Origin: Xanthobacteraceae bacterium
GTDB lineage: Bacteria; Pseudomonadota; Alphaproteobacteria; Rhizobiales; Xanthobacteraceae
Reading direction: 5' to 3'
NCBI GenBank assembly: GCA_030036975.1
Contig: JASHSE010000261.1
Span: 1 to 26,549, forward strand
DNA: 26,549 nucleotides
Numbering within the stretch: position 1 is the stretch's first letter; the number at the start of each line of letters is the position of its first letter. Under the pieces are notes generated by a model. It did no database searches. It had not been told where the DNA came from and was given only the letters and a program-made list of their open reading frames with translations. The translations under genes and the position numbers were made by a program. Positions 24,510 to 26,549 of this stretch are shown here, in pieces.

Positions 24510-25589
24510 ATGAAGAGTGGCTTTCGTATTCTGCTCGGGCTGTTCTCTCTTTCGGCGCTCATGAGCCCCGGTGCGGCGACGGCACAGGCGCAACTTCCCG
24601 TTCTGCACTTCAATCAGGATTACGTGGAGGAGGCGACGCGGCCGTGCTCGCTCGACGTCAAAGATCCGAAAGCGGTGTTCAACTTCGTGTTCAACAGCCT
24701 TCCCGATCATGTCAAAGTCTATCCGACCGAGAACTATTTCTATTACACCTTCATCTGCAACGGCGTGCCGTACGACGGCAATATCCGGCTCGACGCCAGC
24801 AACCGCGACCAGGGCAAGGTGATTTTCGCCTATTCGGAGGATTTGGAAGGCTGGCGCGGCGAAACGCCGGAAAACCACATCATCCTCGACGCATCGGACG
24901 GCGTGCAGTCGGAGAAGCTCGAACCCCTGGTTTACCGCGTGACCTATCAGGGCAAGAGCGTGGTGTTCGCGCTCAATGATCTTTCCGACGTGAAGCCGCC
25001 GGCGAGCGCGCTGGCGCCGGACGAAGAGTACATCGGCCCATCATTCGACGAATCCGCCATCCGCTTCTTCCTGGTGTTCGACAAAAAGCTGAAGATTTTC
25101 CACTTCATCCTTGACGAAACGATCAAAGTTGCCGACCAGCTCGAGCCGAGCCCGCGGACCGACCGCATTCTGATCGGCAAACGCACCGGCTTTGCGTTCT
25201 ATCGCGACTACCTGCGCGACCGCAAAATCATGATCGGCGCTTACAAGCCGAATATGCTGACGAACACCTGGTTCGACGGGCCATTCGATCAGCTGCCGGA
25301 TAATTTCATTCAGGGTGAAGCGCTGCGCGACGCGCTGATCGCCAATAGTCCCGACCTCAAAGGCCGCATCGATCGCTTCGGCGGTTTCCCGGGCGGTGGG
25401 GAGCGCATGGCGGTCGATCCATATCTGCCGTATCGTTCGGTGTCGGACCTCTACCTCTTCGACCGCTGCGCGACCGCACGGCGGCATAGCCCGACTTACT
25501 ATTTATGCTTTGCGCTCGACTACGATCGTGCGGGCCAACCGTATCTTGAAGCCTATGGTCCGAAACCAGCGCATGGGTCCCGTCGGTAG
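24510..25589 (+). CDS. Hypothetical exported protein (Sec signal peptide), aromatic-rich
   Basis: 359 aa from ATG 24510 with strong host-like codon usage. Signal MKSGFRILLGLFSLSALMSPGAATAQA. Motif-like segments YPTENYFYY, GNIRLD, IGKRTGFAFY, FDGPFDQLPDN. No family recognised. Confidence 0.82.
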   Translation: MKSGFRILLGLFSLSALMSPGAATAQAQLPVLHFNQDYVEEATRPCSLDVKDPKAVFNFVFNSLPDHVKVYPTENYFYYTFICNGVPYDGNIRLDASNRDQGKVIFAYSEDLEGWRGETPENHIILDASDGVQSEKLEPLVYRVTYQGKSVVFALNDLSDVKPPASALAPDEEYIGPSFDESAIRFFLVFDKKLKIFHFILDETIKVADQLEPSPRTDRILIGKRTGFAFYRDYLRDRKIMIGAYKPNMLTNTWFDGPFDQLPDNFIQGEALRDALIANSPDLKGRIDRFGGFPGGGERMAVDPYLPYRSVSDLYLFDRCATARRHSPTYYLCFALDYDRAGQPYLEAYGPKPAHGSRR

Positions 25590-25616
25590 CTTGAAGCCTT
25601 GCGTGTTGCTGCGCCG

Positions 25617-25652
25617 AAAATGAAAGGGCCCGGCCAGCGCTTGGCCGGGCCC
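25617..25652 (-). terminator. Rho-independent terminator for the peptide gene(s)
   Basis: 11-bp stem GGGCCCGGCCA (25626-25636) / TGGCCGGGCCC (25642-25652), followed on the minus strand by TTTCATTTT. Confidence 0.75.
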
Positions 25653-25673
25653 CGTCAAACACGTCAGACGCTG

Positions 25674-25916
25674 TTAGCACCACCACCAGCGGCTCATCGG
25701 ACCGTGGCAGCGGCGGCGATGCGGGCCACGCCAGCCCCAGCGCCGGTGATGGCCCCAACGGCTGCCCCAACGCCAGTGCTGGACGTGGATCATGGGACTG
25801 TTCACCGTCGCGGCCTGCTTGAGCGCCGTGTTGTTGGCCGGGGCGGCCGAACCGGCCGATACGCCGACCAGCCCGATCCCGGCGGCAACCAACGTAGCAA
25901 TCACAATCTTGCGCAT
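25674..25916 (-). CDS. Small secreted Trp/Arg/His-rich peptide, paralog 1 (80 aa)
   Basis: AGGAGG ribosome-binding site, ATG 25916, signal peptide ending AGSA-AP, C-terminus HWRWGSRWGHHRRWGWRGPHRRRCHGPMSRWWWC. A clear paralog sits at 26203..26394 and a terminator follows. Confidence 0.85.
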   Translation of the reverse strand: MRKIVIATLVAAGIGLVGVSAGSAAPANNTALKQAATVNSPMIHVQHWRWGSRWGHHRRWGWRGPHRRRCHGPMSRWWWC

Positions 25917-25964
25917 TCGCTTTTCCTCCTGTGCCCGAGCGGGGCATGTTTTGTAACCATTGAG

Positions 25965-25994
25965 CTTCAGAGAGGGTTCCTTCAAAGGGGGTTC
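25965..25994. repeat. Imperfect 15-bp tandem repeat upstream of peptide 1
   Basis: CTTCAGAGAGGGTTC followed by CTTCAAAGGGGGTTC, 13/15 identical. Confidence 0.55.
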
Positions 25995-26055
25995 GAAGCG
26001 TAAAGAGTCTATCCGCGAACCGGCCGGTCGGCTAGGGGCAATCCAGTGTTTTAAC

Positions 26056-26090
26056 GAACGGCGCACGTTGATGAACGGCAGATGAACGGC
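26056..26090. promoter_or_regulatory. Direct repeats (GAACGGC x3; ATGAACGGC with 11-nt period), candidate response-regulator site
   Basis: GAACGGC at 26056, 26073 and 26084. The last two are 11 nt apart, one helical turn. Confidence 0.4.
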
Positions 26091-26111
26091 GCGTTCTAAT
26101 AACCTCTGATC

Positions 26112-26147
26112 AATAGCAAATATCCGGCGCACCAAAAGCACGCCGGA
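26112..26147 (-). terminator. Probable Rho-independent terminator downstream of peptide 2
   Basis: Stem TCCGGCG (26123-26129) / CGCCGGA (26141-26147), extended by G-U pairs on the minus strand and followed by TATTTGCTATT. Confidence 0.5.
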
Positions 26148-26154
26148 CTGCGCG

Positions 26155-26179
26155 GGGCCCGGCGCCAGCGGCCGGGCCC
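26155..26179. other. GC-rich hairpin homologous to the peptide-1 terminator stem
   Basis: GGGCCCGGC (26155-26163) / GCCGGGCCC (26171-26179), the same 9-bp stem as at 25626-25652 but without a U tract. Confidence 0.6.
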
Positions 26180-26202
26180 TGAACAGTTCGTCGTCTCGCG
26201 GA

Positions 26203-26394
26203 TTATCGGCACCACGACCAGCGGCTGCGCGGTCCATGGCAGCGATGGCGATGCCATCGCACTTGAATCATAGGCTCGCTCTTGGCGGCGACTTGCTTGA
26301 GTGCAGTGCCGCTGACCGGTGCGGCGGATCCCGCCGACGCGCCGACCAACCCGATCCCGGCGGCGATCAATGTAGCAATCACGATTTTGCGCAT
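26203..26394 (-). CDS. Small secreted Trp/Arg/His-rich peptide, paralog 2 (63 aa)
   Basis: AAGGAG ribosome-binding site, ATG 26394, signal peptide nearly identical to paralog 1, C-terminus RWHRHRCHGPRSRWSWCR. Confidence 0.85.
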   Translation of the reverse strand: MRKIVIATLIAAGIGLVGASAGSAAPVSGTALKQVAAKSEPMIQVRWHRHRCHGPRSRWSWCR

Positions 26395-26549
26395 TCGCTT
26401 CTCCTTTTCCGTGCTCTTGATCCGCCGCGCGGGCGACGGGGAGCGTTCGAAGCGCCGCGAAATTAACGCCGAATCGCCGCATCGGCTAGTATTTGCGCTG
26501 ATCGAGGCGCGTTGAGTTTTTCGCGGGGCTGAAAACTTTCCGTCAACCG

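Noticed and set aside
25674-26394. Classical RiPP/bacteriocin cluster
   Set aside because: No modifying enzyme, double-glycine leader, peptidase-ABC transporter or immunity gene is visible, and the leaders are ordinary Sec signals.
1-26549. CRISPR array, IS/transposase, integrase, prophage, rRNA or tRNA
   Set aside because: No regularly spaced repeat-spacer pattern, no mobile-element protein motifs and no structural RNA signatures were seen.

Overview
GC-rich alphaproteobacterial chromosome segment. Hyphomicrobiales (Xanthobacteraceae/Nitrobacteraceae-like) is inferred from gene order and repeat types, not from a search. Left 10.4 kb: a glycosylation cluster with three paralogous TPR-GT41 (OGT-like) glycosyltransferases carrying 9, 7 and 5 TPRs, a dUTPase-fold-like protein, an unclassified GT-B glycosyltransferase, an atypical GDP-sugar epimerase/reductase-like SDR, an alpha/beta hydrolase, and the start of a GT2-like gene cut by the left edge. 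Middle: core genes slt, dapA-smpB-VOC, family-5 UDG, NYN protein, then rpoZ-rsh-pdxJ-acpS-lepB-rnc-era, with a lower-GC vapBC module inserted between rsh and pdxJ. Right end: an uncharacterised exported protein and two tandem paralogous genes for small secreted Trp/Arg/His-rich peptides with a shared Cys-loop motif. Best leads are the triple-GT41 cluster, the peptide pair, a codon-anomalous patch inside lepB, and the vapBC insertion. I saw no rRNA, tRNA, tmRNA, CRISPR array, transposase or integrase. All family calls come from motif recognition by eye, all counts are hand counts, and no database search was run.
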